DNA from: an archaeon
GTDB taxonomy: Archaea; Nanobdellota; Nanobdellia; SCGC-AAA011-G17; GW2011-AR20
Assembly (NCBI GenBank): GCA_043808705.1
Contig: JAZDEO010000005.1
Location: 1-56,778 of the forward strand
Length of the DNA stretch: 56,778 nucleotides
Reading direction: 5' to 3'
This document shows positions 18,896-27,868 of the stretch, piece after piece. How positions within the stretch are numbered: position 1 is the stretch's first letter; each line of letters begins with the position of its first letter. Below the pieces are notes generated by a model. That model saw nothing but the letters and a program-made list of their open reading frames with translations. It was not told the origin of the DNA and did no database searches. The translations under genes and the position numbers were made by a program.

Positions 18896-19973
18896 ATATC
18901 TCTTTCTTAACTTTATAAAATTCATTTTCCTTAATAGAAATTCTTATTCTTTTCATAAGTTCCTGTAAAAAATAAAGATTATGATAACTCTTGTATCTCT
19001 TACCTATGGGTTCATTAATATTGGAGAGATGATAGATATAAGCCCTTGTAAAATTTTTACAAACAAAACAATTACATTCCTTATCTATTGGATTAAAATC
19101 ATGCCTATATCTTGATTTGTCGATGAACAATTTTCCACTAGATGTAAACAAGGTATTATGTCTAGCATTCTGAGTTGGAAAAACACTATCAAAACAATCT
19201 ATTCCTTGTTCAATGCATTTTACTAATTCTCTAGGACTTCCAACACCCATCAAATATCTTATCTTTTCTTTAGGTAAATAAGGTTTAACATAACTAATTA
19301 TTTTATGCATTTCTTCTAGAGGTTCTCCTATAGCTAATCCGCCTATAGCAATTCCATCAAAGTCCAAAGAAGTCATAAATCTTGCTGATTTTATTCTTAA
19401 ATCCTTATAGAAATTTCCTTGTATTATCCCAAAGAGAAGCTGATTTTTATTTTTATGTTTTAAACATTCTTCTCCCCACTTATGGGTATTTATTAAAGAA
19501 TTACTAGCCTCTTTATAACTTGCTTTGTAAGGAGACATATCATCTAATGCCATAGCAACATCAGATCCTATTTTTCCTTGAATCTCCATAATTTTCTTAG
19601 GAGTTATCAAATGTTTTTCATTATTAAAAGGGCTTTTAAAATGAATTCCATGCTTACTTATTTTCTCAAAAAATTCTCTGCTTATTTGAAAACCTCCACA
19701 ATCAGTAAAAATTACCTTATCAAAGTCCATAAATCTATGAATCCCTATTTTTTCCAATACATCTAAACCAGGCTTTAAAGATAAAATAAATGCATTACAA
19801 ATAATAGCATCAACCTTCATTCTTATGTAGTCATCAGAACTAATAAATTTTCCAGTTCCTAATGTGGCTACAGGCATAAAGAAAGGTGTTTCTATCTTAC
19901 ATGTTTTTGTTTTTAAAACCCCATATCTAGCTTCACTTTTACTTTTATTATCCTGGCTTATTAATTTAAACAT
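18882..19973 (-). CDS. tgt: tRNA-guanine transglycosylase, bacterial-type architecture
   Basis: TPFFMPVAT, DCGGFQ, GIIQG, GGLAIGE, YLMGVG, FDSVFPT, CxCxxC...H zinc site; no archaeal C-terminal PUA domains. Confidence 0.92.
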   Translation of the reverse strand: MFKLISQDNKSKSEARYGVLKTKTCKIETPFFMPVATLGTGKFISSDDYIRMKVDAIICNAFILSLKPGLDVLEKIGIHRFMDFDKVIFTDCGGFQISREFFEKISKHGIHFKSPFNNEKHLITPKKIMEIQGKIGSDVAMALDDMSPYKASYKEASNSLINTHKWGEECLKHKNKNQLLFGIIQGNFYKDLRIKSARFMTSLDFDGIAIGGLAIGEPLEEMHKIISYVKPYLPKEKIRYLMGVGSPRELVKCIEQGIDCFDSVFPTQNARHNTLFTSSGKLFIDKSRYRHDFNPIDKECNCFVCKNFTRAYIYHLSNINEPIGKRYKSYHNLYFLQELMKRIRISIKENEFYKVKKEIFKMY

Positions 19974-20022
19974 AAAATAAAAAGAATATCTTATTTATAT
20001 AAATTTAACCTAATTAGAGAAC

Positions 20023-20334
20023 TTAACTAGAGATTATTACTTCTTCTTCAGAGCCCTTAATTAAGTTCCAATCCAATTTTATTAGCTGTTTTATTGCAGG
20101 GTTATTAATATTCAATTTATATAAATCAGATTTTCCAACCCTTCTTGTTTTTACAACTATATTGTTTTTTTCTAATCTGCTCCAAAAAGTTTGTAATGTA
20201 AAATAACTTACATTAGAATTTTTAGCTATTTCTGTTAAAGGGTAATCAAATAATTGAAAGGTTATTAAAAAATCTAAAACCTTCATTGTAGGATTGTTTC
20301 CAAATACCTCTTTGAATACATTTTCCATTTTCAT
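20023..20334 (-). CDS. Winged-helix DNA-binding protein
   Basis: KVLDFL...LTEIAKNSNVSYFTL...TRRVGKSDLYKLN. Confidence 0.75.
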   Translation of the reverse strand: MKMENVFKEVFGNNPTMKVLDFLITFQLFDYPLTEIAKNSNVSYFTLQTFWSRLEKNNIVVKTRRVGKSDLYKLNINNPAIKQLIKLDWNLIKGSEEEVIISS

Positions 20335-20360
20335 AAAAAGGTTAATGAGTTACTGTTTAT

Positions 20361-20597
20361 TTACTTTTTCTTTAGTATCATAAACAATACAATTCCAGAT
20401 ACTATCAAGCTTACTAAATTGTAAAATGCTAAATCCTTTAATCCTGTTGTATATCCATCATAAACTAAAAAAGCTACTCCAATAATATAACTTACAACAA
20501 AAAAAGTCTGAATATCTTTTTTACCCCTTAAAGAATAGCCTAATTGTATAGCCCATCCAAAAATTATAAACAAAAGCCCAATAACTCCAATTTCCAT
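20361..20597 (-). CDS. Small 3-TM membrane protein (PQ-loop/SemiSWEET-like)
   Basis: Three hydrophobic helices, WAIQ motif, GGAGG SD. Confidence 0.55.
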   Translation of the reverse strand: MEIGVIGLLFIIFGWAIQLGYSLRGKKDIQTFFVVSYIIGVAFLVYDGYTTGLKDLAFYNLVSLIVSGIVLFMILKKK

Positions 20598-20815
20598 AAA
20601 AACGCCTCCTTTAAAATTTAAAATTATACTGAATTATAATCCATGAGTTATACTATTTAAAAAACTTTATATACTCTAAACAATTACAAATATATATGAA
20701 ATTTAACAATAATTTCCTTCTTAATAATTTTTGATAGTGCATCGGCCCTAAAATAATTTAAAAATAATAAACATAATCTTTTTATATTCTGAAAATAAAT
20801 TCTTATGGGATTAAA

Positions 20816-22099
20816 ATGTACATATCAATTGAAAAGGCAATAAAAAAAGGTAAAGGTAAAGTATCTTTAAGAGGCTGGGTATATAGAGAGCGAGGCTCAT
20901 CTAAAATAAAATTTGTTGTTCTAAGAGATTCTTCAAATATCATACAGTGTGTTATTGAAAAAGACAAGATAAGTGAAAAAGAATGGCAAGATGCTAAAAA
21001 ATTATTGATTGAAAGCTCTGTAGAAATAGAGGGAACAATAAAGAAGGATGAAAGAGCTCCAACAGGATATGAAATAAATGTTTCTAAGCTTAATGTTGTA
21101 CATTTTGCTGAAAAATATCCCATAACTAAAGATCAAAGTGAGGAATTTTTATTAGATGTAAGACATTTAGCAATAAGATCTAGAAAGCTAACATCATCAT
21201 TAAAAATAAGATCTACTGTAATGGGAGCCTTACATGAATGCTTAAGAAAGAAAGGGTATATAGAAGCAGAAGCACCTAGTTTTAATGCAGCCACAAGTGA
21301 AGGAGGAGCTGAAGTCTTTAAACTAGATTACTTTGGAAGAAAGGTCTTTTTGACACAATCCTGGCAATTCTATGCAGAAAATTTTATCTATGCTTTTGAA
21401 AAGGTATATGCAATGGCTCCTTCATTTAGAGCAGAAAAATCTAGAACAAACAGACATTTAACAGAATTCTGGCATTGTGAAGTAGAAGCTGCTTGGGAAA
21501 ATATGGATTATATTATAAAAGTTGCAGAAGACTGCATTATGTATTCTATTAAAGAGGTCTTGAAAAATAATAAAACAGAGCTAAATGTCTTAGGTGTTGA
21601 AGAAAGTCATCTTAAAAATATAAAAATACCTTTTCCAAGAATTACATATAAAGAGGCAATAGAAATTTTAAACAAAAAAGATTACAAAATAAAATATGGA
21701 GAAGACTTTGGTGTAAATGAAGAAAGAGAAATAGCAAGTTATTACAATAACTTTGTTGTTGTTACTAACTATCCATTGGAACTATTAAAATTCTATCACG
21801 GTGAAGATCCAAAAAATCCAGGAACAGGAACAAACTTTAATCTTATGGCCCCAGGAATTGGAGAAACAGTAGATGGCTCTCAAAGAGAACCAGATCTAAA
21901 CAAGATAGTAGAAAGACTAAAAAAAGCCAACATAGACTTAGGTGATTCTAACTGGTATCTAGATTCAAGAAGATATGGAGCTGTTCCTCACTCAGGTTTT
22001 GGTTTAGGAACAGAAAGGCTTGTTCAATGGATATGTAAACTAGACACAATCAAGGATGCAATACCATTCCCAAGAACGCCAACAAGGGTTTATCCATAA
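20816..22099 (+). CDS. asnS: Asparaginyl-tRNA synthetase
   Basis: OB fold LRGWV...FVVLRD, LTQSWQFY, FRAEKSRTNRHLTEFW, RRYGAVPHSGFGLGTER. Confidence 0.9.
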   Translation: MYISIEKAIKKGKGKVSLRGWVYRERGSSKIKFVVLRDSSNIIQCVIEKDKISEKEWQDAKKLLIESSVEIEGTIKKDERAPTGYEINVSKLNVVHFAEKYPITKDQSEEFLLDVRHLAIRSRKLTSSLKIRSTVMGALHECLRKKGYIEAEAPSFNAATSEGGAEVFKLDYFGRKVFLTQSWQFYAENFIYAFEKVYAMAPSFRAEKSRTNRHLTEFWHCEVEAAWENMDYIIKVAEDCIMYSIKEVLKNNKTELNVLGVEESHLKNIKIPFPRITYKEAIEILNKKDYKIKYGEDFGVNEEREIASYYNNFVVVTNYPLELLKFYHGEDPKNPGTGTNFNLMAPGIGETVDGSQREPDLNKIVERLKKANIDLGDSNWYLDSRRYGAVPHSGFGLGTERLVQWICKLDTIKDAIPFPRTPTRVYP

Positions 22100-22155
22100 T
22101 TTCTTTTATTTATTAAAAAAGATAATATTAAAAACTTAAACATCTTATATAGATT

Positions 22156-22785
22156 ATGAAAGAAAAACAAATCATTGCAGTAGATTTTGATGGTGCTTTG
22201 TTAAAATCAAGACCTTTTAATGAAGCACATAAAAGATGGTTCTATTTAATGTCCATATTATTAAAAGATGATTCAATCAATAAATATGCTTCTCTAGAGA
22301 ATTATTTTGATAAAGTACATGAGGTTATGAAAAGATATCTAGGAAATGTTGATGAAGAAACAAGAACAATATTTGCTAGAAGTCTTTATGCCATGGTTAC
22401 AATCGCTGAAGTCAAAAAAGAAGATTTAATTTCTGAATTTGTTCAATACTTAAAAAGTATTAAAAGTAAATATAAATTAGCTCTAATAACAACAGCACCA
22501 GAATCTTCTGTAGAACCAATCTTAAAAAAACTAGACTGTTTCGAATTATTTGATATTATCTACAAAAGCCCTGTAAACAAACAACCAAATAAAAAAGAGT
22601 TGTTTGAAGAATTTATTAAAAAATATGGAAAACCAATATTTTATATTGGAAAGGGTGATAAAGACATAATAACATGTAAAGACTTAGGAATTAAATCTAT
22701 ATCTGTAAGCTGGGTTTCTAAAGGACAACTCAAAGGAGATTATGATATTAAAACAGTTAAAGAGCTAAAAGATATAATTGAATAA
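22156..22785 (+). CDS. HAD-superfamily hydrolase-like protein
   Basis: AVDFDG motif I and LITT motif II; motif IV degenerate (IGKGDKD). Confidence 0.7.
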   Translation: MKEKQIIAVDFDGALLKSRPFNEAHKRWFYLMSILLKDDSINKYASLENYFDKVHEVMKRYLGNVDEETRTIFARSLYAMVTIAEVKKEDLISEFVQYLKSIKSKYKLALITTAPESSVEPILKKLDCFELFDIIYKSPVNKQPNKKELFEEFIKKYGKPIFYIGKGDKDIITCKDLGIKSISVSWVSKGQLKGDYDIKTVKELKDIIE

Positions 22786-22827
22786 GGGTTAAAAAGCTTT
22801 AAATATCAAAAAATTCATAATAAAAAT

Positions 22828-23208
22828 ATGAAAAAAGAAGAGGGCCTTAAAAAGTACCTTTCAGTATTACTAATGTTGGCAGTTCTAATAATTATTTTAT
22901 TTTTATTTTCAGCATTACAGACACCACAAACATCAAATAGGGATATAACAGGATACAGCATAAGTATTGATGAATGTAATCATCTATATAACACCAAAGC
23001 CAAAGACTTTTGTCAAGGCTCAATAATAGTAAGCAAAGCAATGTTTACTAGAAATATAGGTTTATGCAATGATTTAGTAAAGAGCGATGAAAAAAGCATA
23101 TGTACTGATAGTGTTCTATTAATACAGGCATTGGAAAATAAAGATAAGTCCTCCTGTAACAACATATTAGATTCAGAAATAAAAAATATATGTTTAACTT
23201 CTACATAA
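22828..23208 (+). CDS. Membrane-anchored Cys-repeat protein
   Basis: N-terminal TM helix and three C-x10-C units. Confidence 0.65.
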   Translation: MKKEEGLKKYLSVLLMLAVLIIILFLFSALQTPQTSNRDITGYSISIDECNHLYNTKAKDFCQGSIIVSKAMFTRNIGLCNDLVKSDEKSICTDSVLLIQALENKDKSSCNNILDSEIKNICLTST

Positions 23209-23235
23209 AGTTTATATAAACTATTTCTCCTGTTT

Positions 23236-23805
23236 ATGTATATGAAATTATTATTTAATGAACAGAAGAAAGCCGCTTTAAATAAAGATAAATCAAATAT
23301 AGGATCTATAGATGAGCCAATATTAAAAACTATAAATTTAATCAACTCATCTAAAAATTATTACACAACAAGTTCATGTTCTGGAAGAATTATATTAATT
23401 AAAATATCTCAAAATGGAAAAAAGAACGAAGCAGAATTTCTTTTTAGAACACATTCTAAAACAAGCCTTAAAGAACTTAAGCAATATTTAAAGCCATTAA
23501 AAGAGGAAATATGGCTAAGACAAGAACCATTAATAATTCATGTATGTTCAAAAAGCTTAGAAGATGCTTTAAAACTATTAAATACAGCAAGACTCTGTAG
23601 TTTTAAAAAATCAGGTATTATGAGCTATTCAAAAAGAATAATTTTAGAGATTAATGGTATAGAACAGATATCAACAATAGTATCAAAAGATAACAAGATC
23701 TTGGTAGATGATGACTATTTGAATGTACTAATACAAGAGGCAAATCAAAATCTAGAAAGAATAATGATTAAGATAGAGAGATTTAATAAACTATTGATAA
23801 AATAA
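23236..23805 (+). CDS. taw3: tRNA wyosine-derivative methyltransferase Taw3/TYW3
   Basis: DKS-x2-GSIDEPI and YTTSSCSGRI signature. Confidence 0.9.
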   Translation: MYMKLLFNEQKKAALNKDKSNIGSIDEPILKTINLINSSKNYYTTSSCSGRIILIKISQNGKKNEAEFLFRTHSKTSLKELKQYLKPLKEEIWLRQEPLIIHVCSKSLEDALKLLNTARLCSFKKSGIMSYSKRIILEINGIEQISTIVSKDNKILVDDDYLNVLIQEANQNLERIMIKIERFNKLLIK

Positions 23806-23820
23806 GAATAAAAAAATAAA

Positions 23821-24450
23821 ATGAAAAAGTTAATAGTCTTTGATATGGATGGCATTATTTTCGAGCATTTTAATTTTTGGTTAGAACTTCATAAAGCCTA
23901 CAATACATATGAAGAGGGCATTATTCTAACAAAAAAATATCTAAAGACAGATTATCAAAAGCTTGTGGATGAGGTTATAGGAAGACTATGGAAAGGGAAA
24001 TCTTCTAGTATATATTTTGATTTAATTAAGAAAGCAAATTATGTTAAGGGGGCTAAAGAGACATTAAAGGAATTAAAGAATAAAGGCTATAAGATAGGTA
24101 TAGTCTCTTCAGGCCCCTCTGACTTAGCAGAAAGAGCAAAAAAGGAATGTAAAATAGACTATTATTTCACAAATAAATTACTTATTAAGAACGGAAAAAT
24201 AACAGGTTCTAAAGATATAAAATATTGGCCAATAAGGCACGGAAGTAAAAAAGATCCATTAAAAGAAATCTGTAAATTAAGTAATACAAAAATAAAAGAT
24301 TCAATAGTTGTTATTCATGAAGACAGCGATCTAGAAATGGCTCAAGAAGCGGGTTTTGTTATTGGCTTTAATCCATCTAAAGAAATAAAAACATATTGTA
24401 AGGTTATAATAAAAGGTGATGATCTAAGAGAAATTTTAAAATATGTCTAA
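23821..24450 (+). CDS. HAD phosphatase (phosphoserine phosphatase-like)
   Basis: VFDMDG, IVSSG, N-x-L-x3-GKITG; motif IV atypical (HEDSD). Confidence 0.75.
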   Translation: MKKLIVFDMDGIIFEHFNFWLELHKAYNTYEEGIILTKKYLKTDYQKLVDEVIGRLWKGKSSSIYFDLIKKANYVKGAKETLKELKNKGYKIGIVSSGPSDLAERAKKECKIDYYFTNKLLIKNGKITGSKDIKYWPIRHGSKKDPLKEICKLSNTKIKDSIVVIHEDSDLEMAQEAGFVIGFNPSKEIKTYCKVIIKGDDLREILKYV

Positions 24451-25568
24451 AACAAATTTAAACCAAATATAATCCCTAATATAAACATTAACATTATTAA
24501 TGCCCCGATTAAATAATTCTTATTTAAGCTATATTCTGGTTTTCTATCACCATATTTTTTAGCCCGATAAAACATTAAAATAACAATAATTCCTTCAATT
24601 CCTCCAGTTAAAACACCGCTTACATTAATTATGTCTCTAAAATTAACATTCCTAAATAATAATAGAAAGATGAAAGGGATAAAACAAACAAGAGCCCAGC
24701 TTACATATTTATTCAATTTGTAATCATAATTATACATCTCCTTTAAAGCTAAACCTAAAGCCAAGAAACCCGTTGAAACAGCAAACAAAGCAAACAAATT
24801 TCCAAATAAAACAATCTGCCATCCAAAAATATTACTTAAACCCAAAGTAGCAATTTCAGTAGTATTTTTTCCAGTAACACCAACAACAACAAAGGCAAAC
24901 AACAAATAAACAACCATAGGTATTAATGCACCTATCATTATAGCCTTTTTCAAATCTTTCTTATTTTTTACAAGTTCTTCTTTCATTTCAGGAACAGCAG
25001 CTAATCCCAGATAAGCAAACAAGATTATACCGTAAGGGTAAAATAGATATGATACATTAACTGATTTAAGATTACTAAAATCTATTTTTGTAAAACCAAC
25101 TAAACATATTATTAGAACAACAAAAATCATCATACCTGATATTATAAATTCTGATTTCACAATAGTCTTAAATCCAAATAAGACAATTAAAGCCATTAAA
25201 ATAAAATATCCAATAAGGTAATAAATTACAGGGCCTGTAAAAATAGCACTTAAACTTTCACTTCCAACAATTAAATAAGCAATTAAAGCTCCATAAATGC
25301 CTAATGTCATAGTAATTGAAATTATTATCTTGCCAAATTTTCCAAGGTATCTTTCAGCATATCCTGTTAATTGATGATCTCCCTTTGTTCTTAAAACAAT
25401 CTCTCCAAAGAATAAGTTTATAGTCATTATAGCTAGGCCTATTAATATAATAAATAAAAATCCTATCAGAAATCCAGATTTTGATATTACGTAAGGTATT
25501 CCTAAAACACCGGCACCAATAGTCATTCCTATTAGTATAGATACAGCTTCATATACCTCTTTTTTCAT
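24447..25568 (-). CDS. Aromatic amino acid permease family transporter
   Basis: GMTIGAGVLGIP, about 11 TM helices, C-terminal GDRKPEY. Confidence 0.85.
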   Translation of the reverse strand: MKKEVYEAVSILIGMTIGAGVLGIPYVISKSGFLIGFLFIILIGLAIMTINLFFGEIVLRTKGDHQLTGYAERYLGKFGKIIISITMTLGIYGALIAYLIVGSESLSAIFTGPVIYYLIGYFILMALIVLFGFKTIVKSEFIISGMMIFVVLIICLVGFTKIDFSNLKSVNVSYLFYPYGIILFAYLGLAAVPEMKEELVKNKKDLKKAIMIGALIPMVVYLLFAFVVVGVTGKNTTEIATLGLSNIFGWQIVLFGNLFALFAVSTGFLALGLALKEMYNYDYKLNKYVSWALVCFIPFIFLLLFRNVNFRDIINVSGVLTGGIEGIIVILMFYRAKKYGDRKPEYSLNKNYLIGALIMLMFILGIIFGLNLF

Positions 25569-25624
25569 AATATAACTTAAAAGTTTCTTATTTAAATAAG
25601 TTTTTAACTTAAAATTTGTAGTGA

Positions 25625-26257
25625 TTATACAATAACTCTTTTCTTATTTTTTATATACCTATAAATAAAAAATATGCCTAATAACAAGACAATTATAAAA
25701 ACAATTATTGAAATATATTCAGAATAAATTCTAACCATATGCCAATTCTTTCCTAATAAGTATCCTAGATAAGCCAAAAATCCATTCCATAATGTGGCTC
25801 CAATCAAAGTGTAAATAATAAACTTCTTCAAGTTCATCTTTCCAACACCTGCAGGAATAGAAATTAAATGTCTTACAACAGGTACAAATCTACTAATGAA
25901 TATGATCTTTTCCCCTCTTTTTTTAAACCATGCTTCAGTCTTTTCAAGATCACTAGCATCCAATAATAAATATTTGCCAAACTTTAATACAGTCTTTTTC
26001 CCACCATAAAATCCAATATAATAAGAAATCAAAGATCCAATAATGCTTCCTAATGAACTAAATAACATCACAAGAACAAAATTAAATTTGCCCTCAGCAA
26101 TTAAAAAGCCGGCAAAAGGCATAACAAGCTCAGAAGGCAAAGGAAATATCATGCTTTCTAAAGCCATTAATATTAAGATCCCAGGATACCCTAAGAAAAG
26201 AATAGTGTCTTTAGCAAACACCGCTATGTACTCTAAAACTACTGTAATTATATTCAT
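25625..26257 (-). CDS. DedA family membrane protein
   Basis: PLPSELVMPFAG, SRFVPVVRHLISIPAG. Confidence 0.92.
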   Translation of the reverse strand: MNIITVVLEYIAVFAKDTILFLGYPGILILMALESMIFPLPSELVMPFAGFLIAEGKFNFVLVMLFSSLGSIIGSLISYYIGFYGGKKTVLKFGKYLLLDASDLEKTEAWFKKRGEKIIFISRFVPVVRHLISIPAGVGKMNLKKFIIYTLIGATLWNGFLAYLGYLLGKNWHMVRIYSEYISIIVFIIVLLLGIFFIYRYIKNKKRVIV

Positions 26258-26309
26258 AAATAATAGTATTTTTGTAGAGATTATAAATCTTGCTGAAAAT
26301 ATAAAATTA

Positions 26310-26864
26310 TTATTTCTTGTTTATTATATCATAAACCCTTTTTTTATTCTTTTCTAATTCTTTTTCATTTAAACAATCTAGCTCATGAGGAAAAATTATC
26401 CAATCATTTGTTTCATGAACATAAAAATCAGGCTTTAATTTAGTTTTGTTTCTAGAAGGCTTAAAATAAACAGTAGCAATTTTAAGATTTTTAGGATAAT
26501 TATTCTTTAATCTATTTTTAAGATCAATTAAGATTCCTTCCATAGACCTTCCAGTGTCAAATACATCATCTATTATCAATAAAGAACTTTTTGAATTCAA
26601 GTTCTTTTCTAAAAAACCTAAACCACTTACTCTTACTTTCTCTTGTGTTTCATCAATCCCCTTATAGAATTCTGTTTTTATAGGAAAGTGATTCATCTTT
26701 AATCCTTTATATTTAAAAAATTCCTGTATTGCTATTGCAGGAGGAGTTCCACCCCTCCATATTCCTACTAAAAAATCAGGCCTAAACCCAAAATCATAAA
26801 TATTCTTAGCCAGTTTAAAAGAATCCAATAAAAAATCTTCTGGTTTAACATATATCTTTTCCAT
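26310..26864 (-). CDS. Purine phosphoribosyltransferase (HGPRT/XGPRT-like)
   Basis: GIWRGG, LLIIDDVFDTGRS PRPP-binding loop, WIIFPHE. Confidence 0.85.
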   Translation of the reverse strand: MEKIYVKPEDFLLDSFKLAKNIYDFGFRPDFLVGIWRGGTPPAIAIQEFFKYKGLKMNHFPIKTEFYKGIDETQEKVRVSGLGFLEKNLNSKSSLLIIDDVFDTGRSMEGILIDLKNRLKNNYPKNLKIATVYFKPSRNKTKLKPDFYVHETNDWIIFPHELDCLNEKELEKNKKRVYDIINKK

Positions 26865-26917
26865 GATAAAAAAATATTTTTCTTATTTAGATTATCTTAT
26901 ATATCTAATTATTAAAA

Positions 26918-27142
26918 TCATTTCAATCTTAAATCTTTTGCAACAGACTTATTAATCTTTTCTGCTATTTCATCAACATCTTTTTGTGTTAGTTTACTTT
27001 TTTTTGTAAGTCTATCCATAATCTCTAAATCATTTATTTTTTCAACTATAGTTTTTCTAACTATTTCACTCCATCTTATCTCAGAGTGTTCTTTCATTTT
27101 TACATGCAAATCTTCTGGTATAGCTAATGTTATATTTGGCAT
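26918..27142 (-). CDS. Ribbon-helix-helix (CopG/VapB-like) protein with no adjacent toxin
   Basis: MPNITLAIPEDLHVKMKEHSEIRWSEIVR; GGAGG SD. Confidence 0.75.
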   Translation of the reverse strand: MPNITLAIPEDLHVKMKEHSEIRWSEIVRKTIVEKINDLEIMDRLTKKSKLTQKDVDEIAEKINKSVAKDLRLK

Positions 27143-27159
27143 TTTTACCTCCTATGTGA

Positions 27160-27181
27160 ATATATGTGATTACACATATAT
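27160..27181. promoter_or_regulatory. Inverted repeat overlapping the TATA box of the RHH gene (putative operator)
   Basis: ATATATGTG-ATTA-CACATATAT, with an extra TATGTGA half site at 27153-27159. Confidence 0.6.
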
Positions 27182-27256
27182 AAATCTTTCGGTTCTTTTT
27201 CAGTTAAACTGAATAAACACTAATTTTATAAAGAAAATCTCTTTAACAGATTTAAA

Positions 27257-27341
27257 GGGTCTGTAACATAACTTGGATCGTGTGGTCGGCTTCAAAAGGG
27301 CTAAGGACCGATTAATCAGAGTTCAAATCTCTGCAGGCCCA
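27257..27341 (+). tRNA. tRNA-Arg(TCG) with 11-nt intron at 35/36 (27294-27304)
   Basis: Acceptor GGGTCTG/CAGGCCC+A; T arm CAGAG-TTCAAAT-CTCTG; anticodon stem GTCGG/CCGAT with an 18-nt loop; A20. Refolding gives helix GGTC/GACC, a 3-nt bulge AAG and helix GGCT/GGCT, which yields the loop CT-TCG-GA. Confidence 0.85.
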
Positions 27342-27355
27342 TTAAATAAATTATA

Positions 27356-27445
27356 GGGGTTGTATGCTAATCTGGTTAGGCTTCGTGCTTAGGGAAATGC
27401 TTTTATAAAAAGCACGCGACCCCAGTTCAAATCTGGGCAGCCCCA
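27356..27445 (+). tRNA. tRNA-Pro(AGG) with 16-nt intron at 37/38 (27395-27410)
   Basis: Acceptor GGGGTTG/CAGCCCC+A; T arm CCCAG-TTCAAAT-CTGGG; anticodon stem CGTGC/GCACG with a 23-nt loop; relaxed BHB gives TT-AGG-GA. The body resembles archaeal tRNA-Pro. Confidence 0.8.
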
Positions 27446-27477
27446 ATCTTTTTATACTAAAAAATTATATAAGTTAT

Positions 27478-27843
27478 ATGAAGAAATTGACTTTTATTTT
27501 GTTATTAACCTTATTTCTAATAAGTTCTTGTTCTAAACAAGAAAATTCTAATACAAACATCAATAATAATCAAGATACTCAAAATGCTCAAGACATTCAA
27601 GATATTAGTGTAGAACAAAAATGCATTGATTTATGTTTACAAGAACTTGACAAAGGCACAAATCTTGAAAATGGACCCTGTCTATCTAATGAAATACAAG
27701 TAGATTGGGTTTGTGACATAGCTCATAATCCTAGACAATCAATAGATAATCAACAAGAAAATCAATGCTCAAGATTTAGACAAGGTTTAACACACCATTT
27801 TGTTGAAGTTTCTCCTGAATGTAACTTTATTAGGAAGTTTTAA
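27478..27843 (+). CDS. Putative lipoprotein with Cys-rich domain
   Basis: Signal peptide with LISSC lipobox, N/Q linker, six-Cys domain (GPCL...WVCDIAHNPR...NQC...HFVEV..EC). Confidence 0.75.
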   Translation: MKKLTFILLLTLFLISSCSKQENSNTNINNNQDTQNAQDIQDISVEQKCIDLCLQELDKGTNLENGPCLSNEIQVDWVCDIAHNPRQSIDNQQENQCSRFRQGLTHHFVEVSPECNFIRKF

Positions 27844-27868
27844 ATATTAAATTATTAGTTCTTTATTT

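Noticed and set aside
20713-20725. 13-nt match TTTCCTTCTTAAT shared with 51271-51283
   Set aside because: Short, low-complexity match that is plausible by chance in AT-rich intergenic DNA, with no shared flanks.
27290-27307. Opal suppressor / tRNA-Sec (TCA) and TGA recoding
   Set aside because: No BHB supports 37/38 splicing and there is no long variable arm. TGA serves as a normal stop in ATGA overlaps (1722-1725, 4748-4751, 51902-51905), and the 35/36 splice gives a consistent Arg tRNA.
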